A stretch of 64,000 bases of DNA, from assembly GCA_020724555.1 (NCBI GenBank), contig DYGT01000007.1, positions 15,258 through 79,257 on the forward strand, given 5' to 3'. This DNA comes from Candidatus Microgenomatus sp. GTDB taxonomy: Bacteria > Patescibacteriota > Microgenomatia > UBA8517. The notes below the pieces were generated by a model that saw nothing but the letters and a program-made list of their open reading frames with translations, made no database searches and was not told the origin of the DNA. How positions within the stretch are numbered: the stretch's first letter is position 1; each line of letters starts with the position of its first letter. Both the position numbers and the translations under genes were made by a program. This document shows, in pieces, positions 30,416 to 39,025 of this stretch.

Positions 30416-31753
30416 ATGGTAAAAACAAGATTTGCCCCCTCTCCTACGGGATCTTTGCATATCGGAGGACTTAGGACTGCCCTATATTCATATGCGCTCG
30501 CCAAGTCACAGAAGGGAAAATTTGTCTTGCGCATTGAAGACACGGACAAAAAGCGGGAAGTGCCGGGAGCTGTTGACACGATTAAAAAGAATTTAAAGAT
30601 ATTTGGTTTAGATTGGGATGAATTTTATATTCAATCCGAGCGGGTGAATAGCGGGATATATCAGCAAGCCGCCGAAAAATTGGTCGCAGACGGCCACGCC
30701 TTTTATTGCCAGTGCGAGGCAAAAAATGCAAAAAAAGAAGGATTCAGTAAAATTCTACGCGATCCTTGTAGAGACAAAAATTTAATAAGTGGTGCCGTCA
30801 AGCTTAAAGTCCCGGACAATGAGACTGTGAGTTTTATCGATTATGTTTTAAACAAAAAAATTGTTTGGAATTCGTCGGAAGTGGCGGATACCACGCTTTT
30901 GAAATCTGACGGGTTTCCGACATACCACTTAGCTGTGGTCGTTGACGACAGTGATATGGGCATCACCCACGTTTTCCGGGGCCATGATTGGCTGCCAAGT
31001 ACACCCATCCATATCTTAGTTTATAAATACTTGGGGCTAAAAATGCCCGAGATTGGCCATTTAACAGACATCTTAGACCCAACAGGCAAAGGAAAATTGA
31101 GTAAAAGAAAAGGAAGCGTATCGGTTGAGGGGTTTTTAAGTGAAGGGTTTCTAAAAGAAGCAATACTCAATTTTATTATGCTTCTGGGTTGGGCACCAAA
31201 AGATAATCAGGAAATATTTACGTTAACTGAATTTGTCGAGAAATTTGGGAGGGTAGGGTTGCAAAAAAGTAACCCCATTTTTAATCGCGATAAGCTTTTG
31301 TGGCTCAATAGCCACTATATACAGTCAATCTCAAAAGAGGATCTGGCAAAAAGAATTTATGATTTTTATGACCATAGATATGGCCTTGGCTTAATTAAAC
31401 AAATTGTTCCTTTAATCAGTACCCGTATCCGGCTTTTGAGCGAATTTGACAAAATGGCGAAATTTTTTATTGAAGCGCCAAAAGTAGCAAAAACCGATTT
31501 TCCAACAAACGATTATCTTAAACATTTGTCTTGCGCATATGACACGCTTTTAAAAGTAGAAAAGTGGGAATTGGACAATATTAACTCAAGCTTAATGGAT
31601 ATGGTAGCTAAACAAGGTTTTAAAGTCGGAAAGTTTTTTATGGATTTAAGAATAGCTATAACCGGGTCCAAGGTAACACCCCCCATAAATGAATCCATAG
31701 TAATACTGGGAAAGAGTGAGACCCTAAGCCGCATAAAAAAATTGTTAAATTAA
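30416..31753 (+). CDS. gltX: Glutamyl-tRNA synthetase
   Basis: HIGG (SLHIGG) and KMSKS-like (KLSKR) class I motifs. Confidence 0.9.
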   Translation: MVKTRFAPSPTGSLHIGGLRTALYSYALAKSQKGKFVLRIEDTDKKREVPGAVDTIKKNLKIFGLDWDEFYIQSERVNSGIYQQAAEKLVADGHAFYCQCEAKNAKKEGFSKILRDPCRDKNLISGAVKLKVPDNETVSFIDYVLNKKIVWNSSEVADTTLLKSDGFPTYHLAVVVDDSDMGITHVFRGHDWLPSTPIHILVYKYLGLKMPEIGHLTDILDPTGKGKLSKRKGSVSVEGFLSEGFLKEAILNFIMLLGWAPKDNQEIFTLTEFVEKFGRVGLQKSNPIFNRDKLLWLNSHYIQSISKEDLAKRIYDFYDHRYGLGLIKQIVPLISTRIRLLSEFDKMAKFFIEAPKVAKTDFPTNDYLKHLSCAYDTLLKVEKWELDNINSSLMDMVAKQGFKVGKFFMDLRIAITGSKVTPPINESIVILGKSETLSRIKKLLN

Positions 31754-32709
31754 TGACACCTGCCCGTAAAAAATTTAAATCTTATGAAGATTTAAGGACG
31801 CAGCTTAAACTTAAAACTTTGGATACTCAAAAAAGTTTTAAGGAAAAATATCATTTGGCTGACGAATTTTTGCGCAGTAAACAGTTAGATTTGGGCAAAA
31901 TCAGGGATCACTCAGCTAAGCTTTTGGGCACAGGTGCCTTAACCGGGACGCTTCTTCTTTCCGCGCCTTCGGATATAAAAAGTCCGGAGCTAAAGGCATT
32001 AATTCAAACAGCCGCTAAAGACAGCGAAACAGGCATTAAAATCCCGGGCCTTTATATAAAAGAGGTTTTGGAGTCTTTGCCCATTTCCACACGCCCCTTA
32101 AGCTACAACGAAGAAAAATATTTGGAACAAGTGTTTAGCGACGTCTATGGTATAAAAGCAAAAGCGACCTTGGAGGGGGAGCATTTAAATACGACCTATG
32201 GCATGATTGGCGTCGAGCAACACCTGAAGCGTTTTCCCGGAGATTCGCTTTCCCAGCATGCACCAAGGAGGGGTGAATATGGCGAAAAAAACCCTGCAGA
32301 AATTTTAAAAGAAGGCATAGCGCCGGGCTTGGGAGCATGGGGTTATTTTGCCCCGTCTCAATCTGAACTGACGGATGAATTGGTAGAAACCGAACGTTGG
32401 TATGCGGTTGTGCAGACTTTATATCTTCCGGACTGGGGTAGGCGGCAGCCGTACCTTCGCGATTGGTATAAATTTCGAAAAGTATTAATAATAAATAAAG
32501 ACAATGGTCGCGCTGTCGTGGCCTCTATCGCAGACGCCGGTCCTGCCGCTTGGACAGGAAAACATTATGGAGGAAGCCCTGAGGTGATGGATTACCTTGG
32601 TGGGCCACGATATAAAAAGGGGCCTGTAATTGTGATGTTTGTCGATGACCCGGATAATACTGTACCTTTGGGCCCGGTTGGGTATAATAAGGAAGAGTTA
32701 ATTATATGA
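31753..32709 (+). CDS. Hypothetical protein with a C-terminal RlpA-like double-psi beta-barrel domain
   Basis: GLGAWGYF ... LIINKDNGRAVVASIADAGP resembles the RlpA DPBB core. Confidence 0.35.
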   Translation: MTPARKKFKSYEDLRTQLKLKTLDTQKSFKEKYHLADEFLRSKQLDLGKIRDHSAKLLGTGALTGTLLLSAPSDIKSPELKALIQTAAKDSETGIKIPGLYIKEVLESLPISTRPLSYNEEKYLEQVFSDVYGIKAKATLEGEHLNTTYGMIGVEQHLKRFPGDSLSQHAPRRGEYGEKNPAEILKEGIAPGLGAWGYFAPSQSELTDELVETERWYAVVQTLYLPDWGRRQPYLRDWYKFRKVLIINKDNGRAVVASIADAGPAAWTGKHYGGSPEVMDYLGGPRYKKGPVIVMFVDDPDNTVPLGPVGYNKEELII

Positions 32710-33044
32710 GCAAAATTTTTTATGATCATTTAATCGATTTTAGTGAGGTAGAAAAAAAAGTTAAAAAAATTGCTAAAACCCCCGAGGAGCGCGAAGAAAT
32801 ATACCGCCTTATAGATGAAATTATCCATCACCGTGTGATTGGCTGTATTTTAAACGAATTGCCGGAGAAAAATCATAAAGAATTTTTACAGGAATTTTCC
32901 CTGCGTCCCTACGACGAAGGGCTTTTTTCTTACCTGGGCCAACATATAGGCCGCGATATAGGAGAATTTATAAAACAAGAGGTTCATATGCTCACGGTTG
33001 AGCTTCTAAGTTACATCGAAGAGCGCACGCGTCCAGCTTCTTAA
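32706..33044 (+). CDS. Hypothetical protein
   Basis: ORF only. Confidence 0.3.
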   Translation: MSKIFYDHLIDFSEVEKKVKKIAKTPEEREEIYRLIDEIIHHRVIGCILNELPEKNHKEFLQEFSLRPYDEGLFSYLGQHIGRDIGEFIKQEVHMLTVELLSYIEERTRPAS

Positions 33045-33354
33045 TTTCTTCCCTTTTTCTTACCTGTTTCTACATCGGATTTAACAAAAAATAAATAGTG
33101 TAAATAATGAGCAGATTTCTATTAGGGTACACGCGAAACAACTCTTAATTGGCAGGTCTGGCGTTTAGCCAAGAAGGCCGACGGCACAAACAACCGTTAA
33201 ACCTAAAGACTGTTTGGCACTACCCTAAAGAAATTTTAAAAGGGGGGTGAAAAATATATAAATTTGCGATATAAAATGGGATTTTTAATACGTAAAATTA
33301 ATATCTTATCTATGTTTTTTTTGGTGTTTAAAGCTCCTGTAGAATAGAATCCTT

Positions 33355-34041
33355 CTAATTTTTTTCTTCACTTTCTTTTAGGGTGTAGCCAAATCCACGG
33401 ATGGAATGAATTAACTTGTTTTTGTGCCCTTTGTCAATTTTTTTTCTGAGATAACCTATATATACGTCTACCACTCTGGATTGAATGTCTGGTGAATAGA
33501 GCCAGATGCGGTTTAAGATCATTTCGCGAGTTAAAACCTGATTTGAGTTGCGCATCAAATACTCTAAAAGTTTATATTCCTGAGGAGTTAGGGTAATATT
33601 TTTGTCTCCCCTTTTTACGCTAAAAGTTTTGCTATTTAACACGAGATCTCCTACAGTAATTACGTCGTCATCTTTCCCTTTATTTCTTAATCGTGCTTTA
33701 ACACGGGCTAAAAGTTCCTGCTCTTCAAAGGGCTTAGTAATGTAATCGTCTGCCCCCAAATTTAAGCCTTTAACTACATCGGTTGGAGTGTCTTTTGCGG
33801 TAAGCATAATAACAGCAGTTTGGGTGTATTCTTTGTTTATGGTGCGGCAAACAGACTCGCCGGAAATATCAGGAAGTTTAAGGTCTAATATAACCAGATC
33901 GGGTGGAGTTTTATCGAGTTTTTCAAGGGCCGTGGTACCATCTGGGGCGGTTGTTACACTGTAACCTTCTGAAGTGAGTAGTTCACGTAAATATTCACGG
34001 ATTCCACGGTCATCTTCGACTATTAGTATGGCTTGATTCAT
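33355..34041 (-). CDS. OmpR-family response regulator
   Basis: Receiver domain (DD...D...K) and winged-helix output. Confidence 0.85.
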   Translation of the reverse strand: MNQAILIVEDDRGIREYLRELLTSEGYSVTTAPDGTTALEKLDKTPPDLVILDLKLPDISGESVCRTINKEYTQTAVIMLTAKDTPTDVVKGLNLGADDYITKPFEEQELLARVKARLRNKGKDDDVITVGDLVLNSKTFSVKRGDKNITLTPQEYKLLEYLMRNSNQVLTREMILNRIWLYSPDIQSRVVDVYIGYLRKKIDKGHKNKLIHSIRGFGYTLKESEEKN

Positions 34042-34121
34042 AAGGCATTATAGTTTGTAAAAATTAAATAGACAAGGCAAGTTTGCCTGGATACTTAGGC
34101 TAAAAGTGAGTAAAATAAATT

Positions 34122-35600
34122 ATGCGAGTGGATGCCCAACTTGTTAAAAGCCAAAAAAAAGCTTCGGAGATGGCGTTATCAGCGGGAAACATTGGAATAT
34201 GGGAATGGAATATTGAAACGGATAAAATCACATGGTCCCCCGAGCTTGAACGTATTCATGGGTTAAAAAAGGGTGAGTTTGGAGGTAGTTTCAAAGATTA
34301 TTTTAAAAATGTACATCCTGGCGATAGCAATAAACTTAAAAAATTTATTAATGATGCGCTCAAAAAGAAAAATAAATATCATGTTCAATACCGCGTTATT
34401 ATCCCGAACGGGCAAATCCGTTGGCTTGAAGCTCACGGTCAGATAATAACAAAAAAAGGCAAAGCACTTGGGATGGTTGGTGTGTGCTTCGACATTTCCG
34501 CACAAAAAAAGATAGAAGAAGATATTATGCAAACCACACGTCAGCTGAAAGCTGTTTTTCAAAGCGTTCCTGAAGGTATAACAGTTGAAAACCAGAAAGG
34601 AGAGATAATTTATGCAAACGAAGCGGTTGCTCAGCTTTTTGGCGCTCCCAGCCTATCGGCCGTGGTTTCACAAAATATTAAAAGTCTTTTTAAAAATTAC
34701 AACATTTTTAACGAGAAAAATGAAAAAGTGCCATTGGATATGATGCCTGCGGCGATAGTTTTCAAAACTAAGCGCGACCACAAAGCCAGATACTTATTTA
34801 TTCATAAAAAAACAAAAGAGCAAATGTGGATCGACATTACTGCTACTCCGGTGATAAAAGGAGAAGACAGCGTTGGCTTGGTTGTCAAAGTATTTCAGGA
34901 TATCACTCAGGTGGTGGAAGACCAGAGGCAAAGGGAAATTTATTTAGGTTTAGTTGGCCACGAGCTTAAAAACCCTCTGGCAAGCATTAAAGCATACGTT
35001 GGTTTGCTGAAGCTTAGGCTCGAAAAAAAGGAATACGACAAATTGTCCGAAAATATGGATAGTATTAACGAACAAGCTGAAAGGTTGATTCATCTGATTG
35101 GCGACATGATGGACGTGACCCGTATACAAGCGGGGAAGCTGGAGCTTCATAAAACAAAGACAGATTTAAACTCCTATGTACGAAAAGTTGTTTCGGATAT
35201 AAAAGTAGCAAACAATAGCCATAAAATATCTACCCGTATTCCTAAAAAGATTATTTATGCCAAAGTAGATAAGCAAAGATTGACACAGGTTATTACAAAT
35301 TTAATAAATAACGCCCAAAAATATTCACCGCCAAACAGTAATATTTACGTATCCTTGACAAAAAATAAGGATGGTGTTTGTCTAAATGTGCGTGATTGTG
35401 GATATGGGGTCCCTAAAAATCAGTGGCGGCAAATTTTCCAGCTATATAGCCAAATAGGCAGCAAAAAAGATTTAAGAACAAAAGGCTTGGGTATGGGGTT
35501 ATTTATTTCCCGTGCCATAATAAAAGCACACGGCGGTAAAATAATCCTTAAAAGCAAAGTAAACAAGGGTTCTACTTTTACAATTTGTTTACCGGTTTAA
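34122..35600 (+). CDS. Cytoplasmic PAS-domain sensor histidine kinase
   Basis: Two PAS-like regions, H-box HELKNPLASI, and N/G1/G2 ATPase boxes. Confidence 0.85.
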   Translation: MRVDAQLVKSQKKASEMALSAGNIGIWEWNIETDKITWSPELERIHGLKKGEFGGSFKDYFKNVHPGDSNKLKKFINDALKKKNKYHVQYRVIIPNGQIRWLEAHGQIITKKGKALGMVGVCFDISAQKKIEEDIMQTTRQLKAVFQSVPEGITVENQKGEIIYANEAVAQLFGAPSLSAVVSQNIKSLFKNYNIFNEKNEKVPLDMMPAAIVFKTKRDHKARYLFIHKKTKEQMWIDITATPVIKGEDSVGLVVKVFQDITQVVEDQRQREIYLGLVGHELKNPLASIKAYVGLLKLRLEKKEYDKLSENMDSINEQAERLIHLIGDMMDVTRIQAGKLELHKTKTDLNSYVRKVVSDIKVANNSHKISTRIPKKIIYAKVDKQRLTQVITNLINNAQKYSPPNSNIYVSLTKNKDGVCLNVRDCGYGVPKNQWRQIFQLYSQIGSKKDLRTKGLGMGLFISRAIIKAHGGKIILKSKVNKGSTFTICLPV

Positions 35601-35661
35601 TTCTTACTACATTCTTACTCTAATTCAGATATCTTGTTATTATAAATAAATAAGAATAATA

Positions 35662-35712
35662 GGAAAGCGTTTTTAAGCACTTTCCTTTGTGTCAAAGGAG
35701 AACCCTTTTTAT
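35662..35712 (+). terminator. Tandem hairpins plus T-run after the histidine kinase gene
   Basis: GGAAAG...CTTTCC and CCTTTG-tgt-CAAAGG hairpins followed by ttttt. Confidence 0.45.
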
Positions 35713-35753
35713 TTATATGAATAACACACTTAAAAAAGTAGTAAAAAACAATT

Positions 35754-36119
35754 TTGAATATGAAAAAACATGTATTAGTTGTAGATGACGATACGGCAAT
35801 TTTGGATGCTATAAGTCAAACTTTAGAAGAAAAAGGTTATAAAGTAACCGGATTTTCTCGGGGGCATTTATTTTTACAATTTTTAGAAAGCAATGGGGCC
35901 GATTTAATTATTTTAGATATGTTTCTTCGTGGTATGGACGGACGGGAAATAACTAAGTTAATAAAGAAAGACAAAAACAAAAAAAATATTCCTGTCCTTA
36001 TGATATCGGCACAATCAGGCGAAGTTGGCTCCATAGCTGAAAGTGGGGTAGATGCATTTTTACCCAAACCTTTTGACACACTTGAACTTTTACAGGAAGT
36101 AGAAAGACTTGCTGTATAA
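35754..36119 (+). CDS. Stand-alone CheY-like receiver domain protein
   Basis: Receiver fold (VDDD...D...K). Confidence 0.75.
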   Translation: MNMKKHVLVVDDDTAILDAISQTLEEKGYKVTGFSRGHLFLQFLESNGADLIILDMFLRGMDGREITKLIKKDKNKKNIPVLMISAQSGEVGSIAESGVDAFLPKPFDTLELLQEVERLAV

Positions 36120-36127
36120 TTTATTTT

Positions 36128-36460
36128 ATGGATCAGAATTTTGGTGGGGTAATTTGGACTAACCATGCCCTCCAAAGACTTAAGGAGCGGGGTATAAAGC
36201 AAGGGGATGCATGGGCAACTTTTAACCGTCCGGACCAATCACGCTATGCTAAATCCAAAGGCGCATGGGTTTACTACAAAACTTATGGCACAGAAAAAAT
36301 AGAGGTGGTTGCCAAAAAAAACGAGCAAAATAAATGGGTAATTTTAACTGTCTGGTCCCGGCCTGTTTATGACCAACACACTTACCAAAAGGATTATAAA
36401 AATTCAGCCAGAGGCGGGTTTGCGATAAATCTGCTTAAAAAAATATTTAAAGTGCAATGA
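36128..36460 (+). CDS. Hypothetical protein, DUF4258-like
   Basis: WTNHALQRLKERGI resembles the DUF4258 N-terminal motif; weak call. Confidence 0.3.
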   Translation: MDQNFGGVIWTNHALQRLKERGIKQGDAWATFNRPDQSRYAKSKGAWVYYKTYGTEKIEVVAKKNEQNKWVILTVWSRPVYDQHTYQKDYKNSARGGFAINLLKKIFKVQ

Positions 36461-36789
36461 AGTGGTTTTTACTTACAGCGTTAGCTTTTGCTTTTTATCT
36501 GGTGCTTGTGCCTCACATAAATAGCCTAACCGACCCGTGTTTGCTTGATTATCAGCCATTGGCGTGCGACGCAGGAGGGATAATGGACCGTTTTTTGTTT
36601 TTAGAAGTGATTGGATTTTTTGTTTTTGGTATTTTTTCCTATATCCTTTTCAGGACTAACAAAATTGAACTTAAGGTTTTTTTTACCCTTCTTTTAGTTT
36701 TTGCGGCACTTATGATTGGCAATTATTACCGCTATATCCCCATGTTTTTTTCTCAGACTCAAAAAATTAATATTACCTTTTTAGAGTAA
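36457..36789 (+). CDS. Hypothetical small membrane protein
   Basis: 3 predicted TM helices. Confidence 0.3.
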   Translation: MKWFLLTALAFAFYLVLVPHINSLTDPCLLDYQPLACDAGGIMDRFLFLEVIGFFVFGIFSYILFRTNKIELKVFFTLLLVFAALMIGNYYRYIPMFFSQTQKINITFLE

Positions 36790-36920
36790 TTATCCCTTTT
36801 GTGTTAAAATTGAGCCTGCAAGAGGAATATTGCCCGGTTGGTGTTCCGAGCTTCCGACCTAAAGTCGAGAACTCGTGAATGCTCGATTGCGAAGCAGATC
36901 GGCATAATGGTAGTAAAAAA

Positions 36921-37196
36921 ATGGCATTTTGTTATGTAATCAAATGTTCAGATAAAAGTTACTATGTAGGATCAACTAAAGATATTGTCGGTCGTTTTAA
37001 AAATCACAAGCTTGGTAAAGTAAGATATACAAAGTCCAGAAGTCCTTTGAAATTAATTTTTGTAAAAGAGTTTGAGACATATAGTGAGGCTTATAATTTC
37101 GAACAAAGAGTAAAATCATGGAAAAAGAGGAAATCTATAGAGAATATGCTTAATAAGTCTGATAATGTAGTATCCAAATATTGCCCGGTGGTGTAA
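36921..37196 (+). CDS. GIY-YIG nuclease-superfamily protein (UPF0213-like); its last 5 codons are encoded by a tRNA-Gln 5' fragment
   Basis: CYVIKCSDKSYYVGSTKDIVGRFKNH...YTKSR motif set; track ORF starts at 36879 but the conserved family start is MAFCYV at 36921. Confidence 0.7.
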   Translation: MAFCYVIKCSDKSYYVGSTKDIVGRFKNHKLGKVRYTKSRSPLKLIFVKEFETYSEAYNFEQRVKSWKKRKSIENMLNKSDNVVSKYCPVV

Positions 37197-37201
37197 TGGT
37201 A
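37177..37201 (+). repeat. 24-nt direct repeat: 4 nt upstream plus the first 20 nt of tRNA-Gln (second copy 37254-37278); a diverged third copy lies at 36826-36844
   Basis: atattgcccggtggtgtaatggta appears twice exactly; aatattgcccggttggtgt at 36826. Confidence 0.7.
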
Positions 37202-37204
37202 AGC

Positions 37205-37237
37205 AAAGCTTGGCCTTCGGCTAAAGCAAAGCTTGGC
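37205..37237 (+). repeat. 33-nt element aaagcttggccttcggctaaagcaaagcttggc, copy A (identical copy B at 52431-52463)
   Basis: Exact 33/33 match between the two loci; internal 13-nt direct repeat gcaaagcttggcc and a hairpin with a TTCG loop. Confidence 0.9.
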
Positions 37238-37258
37238 CATTACACCCTATTACTATAT

Positions 37259-37332
37259 TGCCCGGTGGTGTAATGGTAGCACGTCGCGCTCTGGACGCGG
37301 AAATTGGGGTTCAAATCCCTGCCGGGCAGCCA
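37259..37332 (+). tRNA. tRNA-Gln (anticodon CTG)
   Basis: Acceptor TGCCCGG/CCGGGCA with U1:A72 and G73, D-arm GTGT-AATGGTA-GCAC, anticodon loop CTCTGGA, T-loop TTCAAAT, CCA encoded. Confidence 0.8.
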
Positions 37333-37584
37333 AGACGGGCACCCCCTCAAGATCGAGGTCTCTATTCGGCTTGAGGAGGCTTGCCGAAACGCTCATTTTT
37401 CTTCAAATCATTCGAACCGTAAAAATAGCTTCAACGCTTCTATATTAAAGCTCTGGTTCGAGTAAAACCAAATCAGCTAGGGTAATTTGGAATAAACACA
37501 TTTATTTTAAAGAACTATTTGATTTCTCGGAAGTCAAGAAGATATAGATATTCATTATTTCCTCTTTAGTTGAATATCGCGTAA

Positions 37585-37610
37585 TACTGTTATACAATTG
37601 TATAACAGTA
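37585..37610. promoter_or_regulatory. 26-bp perfect palindrome TACTGTTATACAA|TTGTATAACAGTA overlapping the TTG start of the first island gene
   Basis: Exact dyad read from the sequence; spans the start codon at 37598. Confidence 0.4.
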
Positions 37611-39025
37611 TGTGCAGAAATATTCCGAATGTTGACTTTAAATCCACTTCCGATGGTTGGAGGGGAAAATTGGCTGACAATTTTACCTTTGCCAATGTTG
37701 AAGAAATCTCCAAAGCAATAGCTCAATTCCTCATCAAAGATAAAAAACAGAACAAAATAGTTGTCGGTTATGACACTCGATTTATGAGTAAAGAATTTGC
37801 TTATTTCATTGCAGCTGTGATGCAAGAGTGTGGAATTGATGTAAGTATTATTTCATCGCCATCTCCCACCCCTTACCTGACATTTGCCGTAAATGAATAC
37901 AGTTTTCCATTGGGAATAAATGTTACCGCTTCTCACAATCCACCGTATGATGACGGGATAAAAATTCGCATGGGCTACGGAGGCACACCTCCAAAGGATG
38001 TAATCGAGAAAATTGAGTCATATTTAAAAAATGGATATGAAGTAAAAGCAAAAATAAAAGGTAAAGTTAAGATAATCAATCCAAGAAAAAAATATGTAGC
38101 TCGAATTAGGAAATTTATAAATTTGGACTCTTTTGATAAAAGCGCTCCAAGAGTGTTAATAGATACAATGCACGGCACAACAAAAGGTTTCTTAGAAGAT
38201 ATTTTTGGCAATACAAAAGTAAAGATAGACCATCTTCATGAAGATTTTGATCCATATTTTGGAGGCATTAATCCCGAACCCAAATTTGAGTCAACAAGCG
38301 AATTACAACAAATTGTTAAGACTGGAGCTTACGATTTGGGGATAGCTCATGATGGAGACGGAGACCGTATAGTGGCTGTATTGCCCTCAGTCGGTTATTT
38401 GTCACCGCATGATGTAGCTAGCTTAATGGTTTTATATTTAGTAAAGCACAAACAGCTTCAAGGTACTGTTTTTGGGAGTTCTACTCTTGGTCGTCGCGTA
38501 GAAAGAATCTGTGAGAAACTTGGAATACAGTATGAAACAATGCCGGTTGGTTTCAAAAACGCAACGGACAAAATGCTAAAAGGAGAAATTTTGTTGGCGG
38601 CAGAAGAAAACGGAGGGCTTGGTTTCGGATTCTACTTACCGGAAAGGGATACCACTCTTGCAGCAGCGTTGCTACTAGAAGCTCAAGTATCCGTTGGAGT
38701 TAAAAAATTACTGGATGAGGTTGAAGAAATTGCTGGTAAATCTGGATTTTGTAGGTACAACTATTCACCCAAAGTAGATAGAAGGCGTTTGTTCAATAGT
38801 ATTTTAGAACATAGAAACGATTTTGATTTTAGAGAAATAGAGTCAATGAACGACTCTGACGGGATAAAGATTACTTATGATAACGGAGATTGGTTAAGTA
38901 TACGCTATTCTGGGACAGAAGAGATATTAAGAATTTATTGCGAATCAAATAGCCGACTAAAGGCAACAAAAATCAAAGACTTTGCAATTAAGCAGATCAA
39001 GTTACTAGAAAAGAAACAGAAATGA
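37598..39025 (+). CDS. Phosphohexomutase (phosphomannomutase/phosphoglucomutase family)
   Basis: GWRG N-terminus, active-site TASHNP, Mg-loop DGDGDR. Confidence 0.85.
   Translation: MYNSMCRNIPNVDFKSTSDGWRGKLADNFTFANVEEISKAIAQFLIKDKKQNKIVVGYDTRFMSKEFAYFIAAVMQECGIDVSIISSPSPTPYLTFAVNEYSFPLGINVTASHNPPYDDGIKIRMGYGGTPPKDVIEKIESYLKNGYEVKAKIKGKVKIINPRKKYVARIRKFINLDSFDKSAPRVLIDTMHGTTKGFLEDIFGNTKVKIDHLHEDFDPYFGGINPEPKFESTSELQQIVKTGAYDLGIAHDGDGDRIVAVLPSVGYLSPHDVASLMVLYLVKHKQLQGTVFGSSTLGRRVERICEKLGIQYETMPVGFKNATDKMLKGEILLAAEENGGLGFGFYLPERDTTLAAALLLEAQVSVGVKKLLDEVEEIAGKSGFCRYNYSPKVDRRRLFNSILEHRNDFDFREIESMNDSDGIKITYDNGDWLSIRYSGTEEILRIYCESNSRLKATKIKDFAIKQIKLLEKKQK

Noticed and set aside
33045-33354. SRP RNA (ffs) assignment for the ORF-free gap
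   Set aside because: Only loose resemblance to the domain IV AGGUCCGGAAGGAAGCAGC consensus and no convincing helix 8 could be drawn by eye; left as an unassigned candidate ncRNA.
36845-37196. GIY-YIG ORF as a homing endonuclease inside a group I intron interrupting tRNA-Gln
   Set aside because: Only ~75 nt of non-coding sequence flank the 276-nt ORF, too little for a group I catalytic core. The protein matches the short stand-alone UPF0213-type GIY-YIG family, and the tRNA copies are direct repeats rather than split exons.
37345-37385. Terminator hairpin after tRNA-Gln (CCTCAAG...CTTGAGG)
   Set aside because: 7-bp stem but an 18-nt loop and only a weak T-tract; too marginal to annotate.
37233-37448. 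71-aa ORF in the track
   Set aside because: Reads straight through tRNA-Gln and its flanking repeats; low-complexity Arg/Ser-rich translation.
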